A stretch of DNA of 64,000 nt from Minisyncoccota bacterium (GTDB taxonomy: Bacteria > Patescibacteriota > Minisyncoccia > Phycocordibacterales > UBA9973), in assembly GCA_041661005.1 (NCBI GenBank), contig JBAZVG010000001.1:479515-543514 (forward strand), in the 5' to 3' direction. Made by a program: the position numbers and the translations under genes. How positions within the stretch are numbered: position 1 is the first letter of the stretch; each line of letters begins with the position of its first letter. Positions 17,190 to 26,320 of this stretch are shown piece by piece. Below the pieces are notes generated by a model, which saw only the letters and a list, made by a program, of their open reading frames with translations, made no database searches and had not been told where the DNA came from.

Positions 17190-19541
17190 TTAATAATTTA
17201 AAGAGTATAAATAATCCATCATCTCAGTAGCAAAATTACGAACATCTTCATCGTTATTTGAAGTGAAAATATGAGAATCAGAATTTAGATTATTCCTAAA
17301 CCCATGAAGTTTTGTTTTTACTTCTTCTTTTCCCTCAAAAATTCCATCAATCATTTTTTCTAAACTACTACAATCTACTTTTTTATCTTGTATCTGTTTA
17401 GCAAAGATAGTTGGAAGGTATAAATTTTCTAAAAATGGCCTTAAATCCGTTTTTATAGATTCAGATTGTGATCTATTTATAAACTCATAAATTTTCATAA
17501 AAACTTTTTCATAATCACTCATAGTGTATACATTTCGTTCCGACAAAACTAAAGAACTAGTTGCATCATCTTTTTTGATTTTTAGATACTTTGTTGTTAT
17601 CTGTGAATCTTTTGTAATTTCACAAAATCTTTTTATAAAATTAGGGTAATGAGTTAATATTATAATTTGACTGACTTGACTTATCGTTTCTTTAAAAAGA
17701 TTTATACTATAAGTGGTTCTATTGTCATCAAAACTCGTCATTGGGTCGTCTAATATAATTACCATTTTCTCTTTTTCTGCTTGTTCTTTTAAGTCTATTT
17801 TAACCCAAAAAATAGCTAAGGCTAAAGTGCGTCTGTCTGATTCACTAAACACAGATTTTAATTGATCGTTAGATATTTTTACATTATGAAATTTTACTTT
17901 CAAAGAGTAGACGGGCATGTGTCCCTGATTATTAGTATCTTTTTCAAGGGTAAAATTCTTACTTCCAAGTTTTTTAAATAAATCATTTATTTGAGTAAAG
18001 TAATTTACTAAATACTGAGATTGATCTCCCTCCAAACGACTTTCTAACACAGAAATTTCTGCCTCTGATATAGTAATTTCTTGTTGTATTTTTATGTAAT
18101 TAATACAATCTTGGTCTTGGTCAATTCTTGCCTTTTTATATTCTAATTCTTCAATTTCACTTATTAAAAAATCGACACCCTGCTGAATCGTTACGATATT
18201 TTCGTACTGTTTTTTAAAAGCTTTTATTTTTACCGAAAGTTCATCAATTATTTCTTTTATATTTATAAGGGATTGGTTATATTCAAGATATATTGTTTTA
18301 AAATGTGAAAAGTCAATAATGTCCACTCTCTTATATGGGCACTTACTTTTTAGATCTTGACTTGATTCTATGTTTTTTAATATTTTGCCTTTTTCAACAC
18401 TTAAATCCTCTTCTTGTAGTAAATCTATGTTTGTTTGTAGTTCAATCAATTTAGCTTGAAAAATTTCGTCGCTTATAAATTCTTTGTATTTATTGAATCC
18501 TATTAGAACAGTTTGTAAAATTGTTTTTTGAGCGAAGGTAAAATTTTCAATTTCTCTATTTTTGCTTTCTAATTCTTTGTCAATTCTACTTATAAAATCA
18601 TTGTAAACCTCATCGAAATATGAATCATAAATATTTATTAAATCTTGAGCATTATGAAGAAATTGACCACAAAACGGACAACCATCTTTTGTTCTATCCT
18701 TACAATAATGTAAGCCTGCTTTTATCCAATTTTCAGCGTTATCTTTAGAAGAAAAATTGTCAAATAAATGTTTATTTAGCTTTACTAATATATCTTCCTT
18801 AATACTTGAGTAGTCCTCTTGTAGTAAAGTATTTATCATTTCAAGTAATTCTATAATAGTAAAAGTTGGTAAATAAAATTCGTTTGGCTCCTGTAATTGC
18901 GATATCTTTTGTGGCTCCTTTAAACGTTCTTGTTCCTTCTGTAATGCGATTTTCTTTTGAGGCAAAATATTTTCAATATTATCTTTTTCTAACCCCACAA
19001 TAGAAAATTCCAAGAATTTTATGATTTCAATATCTATCTTATCTTTTACGAAATTTGGTACTTTTGTCTTTAATTCTCTTTTTTTATCTCCTGTTTCTTT
19101 TTTCTTTTTTGCAATTTCTTTTGCAAGTTTTACGCTTTGCTCTCCAAGAATAAACTGGGTAAAGTTTTCCTTGTTTTCTCTTCCAATATTTAAACCAGTA
19201 AATAAATTTTTATGAATAAAATCAGTGTCAAAAACCTCTAAATACTTTGACAGATCATTTTGGGTCCAATTATCATGTTCAAACATGATATCGTTTTCTA
19301 TCTCTTCTTTAACAGAAAAAACCACCTTCTGTTGTCCTGTCTGTGCTGGAATTGTTTTTCTATCTTGAATAATTTTAGGATCATTGTCTTTTAAAGATTG
19401 GAAAATATCTGTCAAAGTAGTTTTTCCATAAGTATTAAAACCATAGATAAAAGTTAGTTTTTCAAAACCCAAAGAAGCTCCATTTGTGAAATTGGAAAAT
19501 GTACCTATATTTTTAATTTCTTTAATGCGAGCTATTTTCAT
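17190..19541 (-). CDS. AAA_13 / RloC-like Rad50-type ABC ATPase with coiled-coil zinc hook and possible C-terminal anticodon-nuclease-like domain
   Basis: N-terminal KLTFIYGFNTYGKTTL Walker A in an SMC-like context; central coiled coil with CPFCGQ; Walker B IILDDP; H-loop ILTHY; C-terminal LRPFLE...KLHGF resembles an R-x3-E...H triad. Confidence 0.5.
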   Translation of the reverse strand: MKIARIKEIKNIGTFSNFTNGASLGFEKLTFIYGFNTYGKTTLTDIFQSLKDNDPKIIQDRKTIPAQTGQQKVVFSVKEEIENDIMFEHDNWTQNDLSKYLEVFDTDFIHKNLFTGLNIGRENKENFTQFILGEQSVKLAKEIAKKKKETGDKKRELKTKVPNFVKDKIDIEIIKFLEFSIVGLEKDNIENILPQKKIALQKEQERLKEPQKISQLQEPNEFYLPTFTIIELLEMINTLLQEDYSSIKEDILVKLNKHLFDNFSSKDNAENWIKAGLHYCKDRTKDGCPFCGQFLHNAQDLINIYDSYFDEVYNDFISRIDKELESKNREIENFTFAQKTILQTVLIGFNKYKEFISDEIFQAKLIELQTNIDLLQEEDLSVEKGKILKNIESSQDLKSKCPYKRVDIIDFSHFKTIYLEYNQSLINIKEIIDELSVKIKAFKKQYENIVTIQQGVDFLISEIEELEYKKARIDQDQDCINYIKIQQEITISEAEISVLESRLEGDQSQYLVNYFTQINDLFKKLGSKNFTLEKDTNNQGHMPVYSLKVKFHNVKISNDQLKSVFSESDRRTLALAIFWVKIDLKEQAEKEKMVIILDDPMTSFDDNRTTYSINLFKETISQVSQIIILTHYPNFIKRFCEITKDSQITTKYLKIKKDDATSSLVLSERNVYTMSDYEKVFMKIYEFINRSQSESIKTDLRPFLENLYLPTIFAKQIQDKKVDCSSLEKMIDGIFEGKEEVKTKLHGFRNNLNSDSHIFTSNNDEDVRNFATEMMDYLYSLNY

Positions 19542-19543
19542 AA

Positions 19544-21052
19544 TTATTCTTCCCCTTCACCCAATTCTAATCTTTTTATCTGCGGCAAGGCCACCAATCC
19601 ACTCAAATCACCATACATACCAACTGTATTAGTAATTACTTTTTTAATTTGTTTTTCTCTTTCTGACCAAATTTTTTCGTAAGCTAACCTTTCTTTCTTT
19701 AATCCGTTATCCATACCTGTAAAAGCTTCAACTATTGCTTCTACTCTTTGTTTAAACTCTATACCTGTTAAATAAGCGTAAAGTATTTCCATTTTATCAT
19801 TTTTACCAACGGACATTGTTTTTTCCCTTGTTACAGATTCTAAATTTACTCGCAAGGCAGTTGCAAGAGCTGTAGCAAGTTTTATGTCACAAATCCACAC
19901 ACCATCACGAAAACCAAAGCCTTTAATGTCTCCTGGTAGCGTGATAGAAACTATAACAGCAATTTCAGCCTTCATAATCCTTTGATCATCTTTTAATTTT
20001 TGTATCCATCCTTCACTCCATGCTTTGGTCTTTTTTGATTCCCACACAATTTGACCACAATATTTACCAGATTGATTCTGAACCTTTTGTATGATATCGG
20101 CTCCACTTACTCCTTTCGGAACTGGAGATATTTCATCAAAAGGAAATTCAGATCTTAAAAGATCCTCCAACTCAAGCTCCAACACTTCTCCTTGTGTTTG
20201 TTGTGAACCCTGTTCAAGCTTACGAGAAAGTTCGTCTTTTGCCTTAGTAGCATCAGTTAAACGTTTCTCTAGTTGTGCAATAATATACTTCTGTTCTTCA
20301 TTTGCTTTTTTACTAGCTTCCTCTATTATTTGTTTTCTTTCTATATCCAACTGTCTTTGTTTTTCTAACTCAAAGTTTTGTTTATCTTCTTCAAGTTTAT
20401 TTTTCTCTTTGCGCAAATCCAGCTCTTTTTTGTTTGCTTCTTTCAGTTTGATATCTTTCTCTTCTAATTGTTCCTGAAGTATTTTCTTGTCTGCTTCCTT
20501 TTCTTTTTCTGCCTCCTCTATTTGTTTTAATAATTTTATAGAATCTCTCTCGCTTTGTTTTACGGCACGAGCAAAAGCTTCTTGCTCTATCCCTTTACGC
20601 TCAGCATCGATTATTTTTGCTTTTTCCACCTCAAAATTTTTCTTTTCATCCTCAAATTTCTGCCTACTTGCACGAGCTTTTAAAGATTCAGTGTTTGCCT
20701 CATCCAACTTTTTATCTTTTTCTTTCATTTGTTCTTCTAACAACTTAACTTCAGCTGCTGTTTTCTTTTCAGCTGCTGTTTGTGCTTCTTTCCATAGTGT
20801 AATTTTTTCCACTGCAAGTTTTTCTGCCACTTTTTTACTGACTTCACTTTGTGTGTTTTTCTGTAATTCTTCCAATTTTATTTTTTGTTCTTCTATTTCT
20901 TTTCTCTCTTTTGCCATTTCTATTTCCTTTAGCTTGTTTTCTTCACTAATTTCCTTCTTTATATTTTCTTCAATTTGATGCGTTAATACATCATCAATTG
21001 ATATTGCTGTTTTACAATTGGGGCAGATAATATTTTTTGTATCGTTTTTCAT
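19544..21052 (-). CDS. DUF2130-like coiled-coil protein with N-terminal zinc ribbon and C-terminal PD-(D/E)xK-like domain
   Basis: CPNCK at the N-terminus; about 250 aa of K/E-rich coiled coil; C-terminal GADIIQ...IVWESKKTK. Confidence 0.45.
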   Translation of the reverse strand: MKNDTKNIICPNCKTAISIDDVLTHQIEENIKKEISEENKLKEIEMAKERKEIEEQKIKLEELQKNTQSEVSKKVAEKLAVEKITLWKEAQTAAEKKTAAEVKLLEEQMKEKDKKLDEANTESLKARASRQKFEDEKKNFEVEKAKIIDAERKGIEQEAFARAVKQSERDSIKLLKQIEEAEKEKEADKKILQEQLEEKDIKLKEANKKELDLRKEKNKLEEDKQNFELEKQRQLDIERKQIIEEASKKANEEQKYIIAQLEKRLTDATKAKDELSRKLEQGSQQTQGEVLELELEDLLRSEFPFDEISPVPKGVSGADIIQKVQNQSGKYCGQIVWESKKTKAWSEGWIQKLKDDQRIMKAEIAVIVSITLPGDIKGFGFRDGVWICDIKLATALATALRVNLESVTREKTMSVGKNDKMEILYAYLTGIEFKQRVEAIVEAFTGMDNGLKKERLAYEKIWSEREKQIKKVITNTVGMYGDLSGLVALPQIKRLELGEGEE

Positions 21053-21079
21053 ATTTTTTAATTTTATTAATAAATTTTC

Positions 21080-24000
21080 TTAAACTGCTTTTGTCCCACG
21101 ACAATAAGGAAACTTTGAACATCCATAAAATTTGCCTCTCCTTCCATTTCTTAAAATCATTTTTGATCCACAGCGCGGACAATCTTTATCAGAAAGTATT
21201 GGCACTGGTCTATCATTTCTCGAAATTCGAGATAGACCTTTACAAGTCTTGCAAAAGCGTCCGTAGCCACGGATTAGAGTTGGGTCTTTAAAATCAACTA
21301 AATCCCTTATCTCGCGACATTTTGGACATTCTTTTTTATCTCCATTGTGCAAGCCCTCAATCGTATTCTGAATACCGTTTAAAACAGCATTGTTTTGTGT
21401 GCGATAATTTTTAAACAAACTCGTGATTCTTTCATTAAGCGTTGTAACAGGGTTAGAACCAACATTGAATTTGTTAATTCGCAAGAATTTATATCCGTAA
21501 CTCTCCAAAACTTTCTGACGATAAACATCATCTTCAGAATAATAGTTTTCATAATTAAACTCATTTGCCTCGTCGAGATCGTTAAAATGTTCTGTAAATC
21601 CATCATACTCAATGATAATCTTGTGTTCTTTTTGGTTTTCATCTTTATACACAAGTAAAAAATCAACTTTATAGTGAGGATGTTTATAAGTCCTATCAAG
21701 TTGTTTTAGATATTTTCCAATTTCAAATTGAGGGAAGAATTCAATATTTTCTTTATTATTTTTCCAAAAATCTGTATCATAAAACCATTTTAAAACCTTA
21801 GGTTCCATTTTTGATTTTTGATCCACTTCAGAAATTTCGTGTTCTTTCTTCGCTTCCTCAAGAATAAAATTATAATGTCTTAAAGCATCTCCAATTGAAC
21901 CTGTAAATTTATCAAGTGGCTTACTAAGCACAAAGTGTACAGTTTCTTTAGCCCGACTAAATCCAACATTGAGGCGTTGAACTTTTATTTTTCCATCTTC
22001 CTCACTATCAACGCTATTAAAATCTTTTATAAAGACACCCCACAATCTATCAGAGTTTTCATTTGCAACCATCGAATAGAAAATAATATCTCGTTCTTCT
22101 CCCTGACAAGTATCAAAAGTCATTATTTTTAACTTCAGATTTTCAAAGTAAAAATCTCGTTCAGGTAATTTACTGATGGCCTCCATAAGCAATTTCTGCT
22201 GATTGGTGTGTGGCGTGATAATACCTACACTTTCGGTCTTGTTGTTTTCATACATTATCTTTAATTGTCCAACTATAAAATCAATCTCGGCTTTATTACT
22301 ATTTCCAACTAGCTCGTCTTTCCCGTCGTGGTCAACGAAACTAAATTTAACAACATCAGCAATTTTTTTACCCCTAATCTTCATTACTTGAAGACTGTCC
22401 TGATAAAAATACTTATTCGAGTAAGAAATAATTTCTTTGTATCCACGAAAATGTTTCAAAAGTTGCGTGTTGTAATTTGTTATAAATTCAAAAAATTCTA
22501 GTATTGAGGTCTTGATGTCAAATTTCCCAAGCTTCACTATTTTAGAATCTTCTTCTGATACTTGATCGCGAAATACTTGCGCCAAGGAATTTAAGTACTC
22601 CCGATTTGTTTCAGACCGAGCTTGTGCCGCCTTAATGTTACTGAATTGTTTTCTATCCCCGAGAATAAGCACCTTTTTCGCTCGAATCAAAGCGGGAAAA
22701 GCTTGTGCAATACTAACTTGTGATGCTTCATCAATAATAACCAAGTCAAAAAGTCCTGCATGCAAAGGAATGTATTCTGCGTAATCTCTGATTCCGGCAA
22801 GTATGCAAGGGAAAGCGTCTTTGAGTTTAAGAAATTGCTCTTTCGGAAACTTCATTTTATTTTTAATAACTTCTCTTAAAGTTTCCGCATCTGCTTTGTT
22901 GTTATTATAAAAATCAATAAGGCGAGTATCTAAAACATGAGTAACTTGCGTAGTTACCAAAGTTTCCAACTCTTTCTTCTGTCCCATATAACTCAATGTC
23001 GGGATTAACCCGAATTTAGCAACTATGGAACCCTTAAGTATTGCGTAGCGTGTTGCTTTATCAAAGTCCAAGCTAGTCATTTTAACAAGCTTGCTGTCTA
23101 ACATTTCTGAAAAATTGTCTTTCGAGATTTTTAACTTTTTTATTGAATGAGGGTATGAATCTAATTCTTGCAAGAGCGATAAAAAGTCCGTCTCGAGAGA
23201 AAGTACCTTTTCTTTATTTTCACTAAAATTACTACCCGTCAATATTAGTTTAGATAAAATTTCAATATGATCAATCCCCAAATGTGAAATTGTTTTTGCT
23301 TGCTCTTTTAAGGCATTATAATAATCACAAATCTCTATAACTCGTTTAAAGTTTTTTATATTTTCATTAGGATTTTGAAAATCTGACAACGGAAATAGTT
23401 CCCTAAATGAGTTATTTAAAGTCTGAACCTTAGAACTGCTGAACAGGTATCCAAAAATAGGTATTCTGGTTTCATCATAAGATCGAGTCCACTTTTTGAG
23501 CTCGTTTAAGTCTTTGTGAGAAAAAACTTTGAAACGAGATAGTATCTGAACATCTTGATTAAATTTCAAAGAGACATCTTCCACAATTTGATAATAAGCG
23601 GTAAGAATACGTAATGTGTCTAAAAACATCTCACTACTTTTTAATGTTTCTAGTTTTACATTCAATATTTCTGATAAGTAATCGTTTTTAAGAATGTCGG
23701 GCAAAGATAATAATAAAGACCTTAGATCATCGAAAAAGACGACAGCGTTTTCATTCTCGGATAACTCATCAAGATCAAAATCATATTGCCTTGAAGAATA
23801 AAATTCCTCTAGCCCACAAAATTCAGTTATTTCCCGAAGATCAATATCAGAATACGCTAATGCTTCTACTTCAATATCTTCTTTCAAAGAATTCGATAAT
23901 TTGGAAATATTTTCCTCAATCGAAGAATAATCTTTTTGTACTGCTCTATGGTGAGTTTTAATTTTTTCTATAGAAGACTTTGCAAGAATTTGACCATAAG

Positions 24001-25642
24001 TATTCCCTGTTTTTCCAAGCCTTAAAATTGGATTTTGAAAATTCTCCTCATCAAAACGAACTCTATTCATAGTTTCAGTTATCTTGTCCTCAACAACATC
24101 AAGTGCTTCTTTTTTATCAGAAAGTACAAGTACTGATTGATGATTAAGAATTGCATCAAATATAATTGCGGTGATCGTATGACTTTTACCCGTACCCGGA
24201 GGGCCTTCAACTGTTATATATTTGCATCCATCTTTTCTTATTGCTGACAATATCTGTATTTGTTCACTGTTAAGAGGAATCGGGCTTGTTGAGACAAGTT
24301 TATCGGGAACCGATGTATCATCCCACTCCCTTTCAACTTCAGGATTTATAGGCTTTGGATTTTTGTGAATAAAATCATCAACTAATATGTTGAATATCTT
24401 GGCAAGTTCTCCTTCTCCATTACTTAGCTGTTGCAAGATTTCCTCATAGTCATTTACAAGGGCTTCATCTGATTTATCAAATAACGAAAGATACACTGAG
24501 TTAGAAGTTCTAACGCTTAGGCTTTTTGCTTGTTGGGGGTCTTTTGAATCAAGGTCAATATTTTTATTTAACCCAAAAAGATTTGTGATTTCATTAAGAA
24601 TTTTTTCAAGTGTATCATTAACACGCTCTGTTTCTTGCGATAAATAAATAATGCGTTCAGTAATACTTTTAAGATTACCCTTTGCACCAGTTTCTTTGTT
24701 GTACTCTTGCACAATAAACTCAAGAGCTTTTTTGTTTATGTATATTTGAGAATCAAATTCAATATGAAATATATCGTTATCCCTCTTTAGAGAAAATGGT
24801 GTATAAAAGATTGGATATTTTACTTTATTAAAACTAATATCGCAGAAATAAAGATAGAATTCTTGTTTATCTAAAATTGCTCTGTTTTTATCAATTTCAA
24901 AAAGTTCGCTGAACAAATCTCCGACTTGAAACGACTCAAAAAAGTTTGTGATAGTGTTTTTTGTATCATTTAAGTCAATAACTGATTTAAGCTCTTTTTG
25001 AATATTAACTTTCTGTTTAGAAATTAAAACTTTCAAAAGTTCAGAAACTTTATTTTCGGTGATATTTAAAAAAACTTCGGCTAGCTCTTCTTCCATTAAA
25101 AATATATCGTTCTCGTCGCCAATACCAAGACTTTCTATTGATTTTTCAATACTACTGACAAATGGAAGGACTAGGAATGTTTTGATATGTAATGAAACTG
25201 CTTCAAGGGTTATGGTCAAAGCCTTCTCGTATTCTTTTGAATACAGGGTCGCTGATTTTTCAAGATCATCAGTTATGGCATTAATTAACTCATTGATTTG
25301 AGAACTTTGAATTTTACCAACTTGCAAAGTTATTAGATCTAAAAGATTTTTTGGAAGATTACTACGATATACTCCTTTACTGATTGTACTTAAAACACTC
25401 TTGTCAAAACCGTGAGTAACTAATTTCCATATATCCTTTGTGAAAGATGGATATTTTGAAAGATTTATGCCGACAAGCAAATTATCGTTAGTTCTATATT
25501 TGACTGATCGTTTTGGATTTTTTCTCTTATGAAAATCTGTCTCAAGAAAATCCATGAAATACTTAGCAACCTCTTTAACAAAGGCGAGATTGCCAGTAAG
25601 GCTAGTGTCTAATCTTTTTTCTTGTGAATTATTTTCATTCAT
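21080..25642 (-). CDS. SF1 (Upf1/Dna2-like, AAA_11/AAA_12) helicase fused to DUF559/Vsr-like endonuclease and topoisomerase-type C4 zinc ribbon; N-terminal DUF4011-like region
   Basis: GPPGTGKSHT, DLVIIDEASQ, LILGDRKQ, TFDTCQGEERDIIFYS; KVDFLLVY..IIIEYDGFTEHF..YGYKFLRIN; CPRCGSKMILRNGRRGKFYGCSKFPYC. Confidence 0.65.
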   Translation of the reverse strand: MNENNSQEKRLDTSLTGNLAFVKEVAKYFMDFLETDFHKRKNPKRSVKYRTNDNLLVGINLSKYPSFTKDIWKLVTHGFDKSVLSTISKGVYRSNLPKNLLDLITLQVGKIQSSQINELINAITDDLEKSATLYSKEYEKALTITLEAVSLHIKTFLVLPFVSSIEKSIESLGIGDENDIFLMEEELAEVFLNITENKVSELLKVLISKQKVNIQKELKSVIDLNDTKNTITNFFESFQVGDLFSELFEIDKNRAILDKQEFYLYFCDISFNKVKYPIFYTPFSLKRDNDIFHIEFDSQIYINKKALEFIVQEYNKETGAKGNLKSITERIIYLSQETERVNDTLEKILNEITNLFGLNKNIDLDSKDPQQAKSLSVRTSNSVYLSLFDKSDEALVNDYEEILQQLSNGEGELAKIFNILVDDFIHKNPKPINPEVEREWDDTSVPDKLVSTSPIPLNSEQIQILSAIRKDGCKYITVEGPPGTGKSHTITAIIFDAILNHQSVLVLSDKKEALDVVEDKITETMNRVRFDEENFQNPILRLGKTGNTYGQILAKSSIEKIKTHHRAVQKDYSSIEENISKLSNSLKEDIEVEALAYSDIDLREITEFCGLEEFYSSRQYDFDLDELSENENAVVFFDDLRSLLLSLPDILKNDYLSEILNVKLETLKSSEMFLDTLRILTAYYQIVEDVSLKFNQDVQILSRFKVFSHKDLNELKKWTRSYDETRIPIFGYLFSSSKVQTLNNSFRELFPLSDFQNPNENIKNFKRVIEICDYYNALKEQAKTISHLGIDHIEILSKLILTGSNFSENKEKVLSLETDFLSLLQELDSYPHSIKKLKISKDNFSEMLDSKLVKMTSLDFDKATRYAILKGSIVAKFGLIPTLSYMGQKKELETLVTTQVTHVLDTRLIDFYNNNKADAETLREVIKNKMKFPKEQFLKLKDAFPCILAGIRDYAEYIPLHAGLFDLVIIDEASQVSIAQAFPALIRAKKVLILGDRKQFSNIKAAQARSETNREYLNSLAQVFRDQVSEEDSKIVKLGKFDIKTSILEFFEFITNYNTQLLKHFRGYKEIISYSNKYFYQDSLQVMKIRGKKIADVVKFSFVDHDGKDELVGNSNKAEIDFIVGQLKIMYENNKTESVGIITPHTNQQKLLMEAISKLPERDFYFENLKLKIMTFDTCQGEERDIIFYSMVANENSDRLWGVFIKDFNSVDSEEDGKIKVQRLNVGFSRAKETVHFVLSKPLDKFTGSIGDALRHYNFILEEAKKEHEISEVDQKSKMEPKVLKWFYDTDFWKNNKENIEFFPQFEIGKYLKQLDRTYKHPHYKVDFLLVYKDENQKEHKIIIEYDGFTEHFNDLDEANEFNYENYYSEDDVYRQKVLESYGYKFLRINKFNVGSNPVTTLNERITSLFKNYRTQNNAVLNGIQNTIEGLHNGDKKECPKCREIRDLVDFKDPTLIRGYGRFCKTCKGLSRISRNDRPVPILSDKDCPRCGSKMILRNGRRGKFYGCSKFPYCRGTKAV

Positions 25643-25646
25643 AAGT

Positions 25647-25853
25647 TTATTTCAAAAGTTCATTAGTAGAAACATTTAATGCTTTTGCTAACTTTGCAAT
25701 TGTCGAAAGCGTTGGGTTTGTTTTGCCACTTTCAATATTACTAATAAAACCACGACTAACACCAAGGGAACGAAAAATATCGCCTTGCGTTAAGCCCTTG
25801 CTGATTCTGATGCGTTTCATGTTTTTGCCAAGCTTTACCGACTCAGTTTTCAT
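25647..25853 (-). CDS. XRE-family HTH transcriptional regulator
   Basis: LTQGDIFRSLGVSRGFISNIESGKTNP HTH_3 motif; start taken at the internal Met (MKTES), because the 5' extension runs into the inverted repeat. Confidence 0.6.
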   Translation of the reverse strand: MKTESVKLGKNMKRIRISKGLTQGDIFRSLGVSRGFISNIESGKTNPTLSTIAKLAKALNVSTNELLK

Positions 25854-25877
25854 TATCCACAGTATAGCTCTTGCTAC

Positions 25878-25886
25878 ATTATACCA
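25878..25886 (-). promoter_or_regulatory. extended -10 element TGgTATAAT upstream of the XRE gene
   Basis: Reverse complement reads tgtggtataat about 25 nt upstream of the ATG. Confidence 0.4.
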
Positions 25887-25924
25887 CAATATTATATTAT
25901 AATGTAATAGATGGAATATACCCA

Positions 25925-26152
25925 TCGCCCGCCACCCATACCAAATCAAAAGAAACCCCCGCGAAATAATATATGCATGGAAACGGTGGCGAGGCGAGGG
26001 CAGACGCGCGTAATCGCGCGTGGCGGAGTTCATTGAGTTACCACATTATCAGAGCGTAGTAATTACTTTCGAGAAATGATGCACGCGGAGCGTGCGCATT
26101 ACTTCATTTGATTCTCGAAAAAGGTTCGCGCAAAGGTTAAGATAAGAGGACA
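25925..26152. repeat. right terminal inverted repeat of island
   Basis: Reverse complement matches 14218-14446. Confidence 0.75.
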
Positions 26153-26164
26153 AATTGAGACATC

Positions 26165-26265
26165 AGTGAAAAAATCGGTCGCGCGCTTGCGCGCAATAAT
26201 GGAAAGGGGGTGGGCGAATTCCGAACCCATCTTCTCCGCAAATGCGAATTCGGTGGGTGGGCAAG
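26165..26265. repeat. inverted repeat copy flanking the recombinase gene (partner 27735-27835)
   Basis: Reverse complement of ttgcccacccaccgaattcgcatttgcggagaag...ccattattgcgcgcaagcgcgcgacc is present at 27735-27835. Confidence 0.65.
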
Positions 26266-26320
26266 AAAACAGAAATGAGCCAGACACGAATTCTTCTTTT
26301 TTTATAATCTAAAAACAAAT

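Noticed and set aside
20091-20978. Plus-strand Ser/Cys-rich ORFs opposite the DUF2130-like gene
   Set aside because: They are the antisense frame of K/E-rich coiled-coil codons, a low-complexity artefact.
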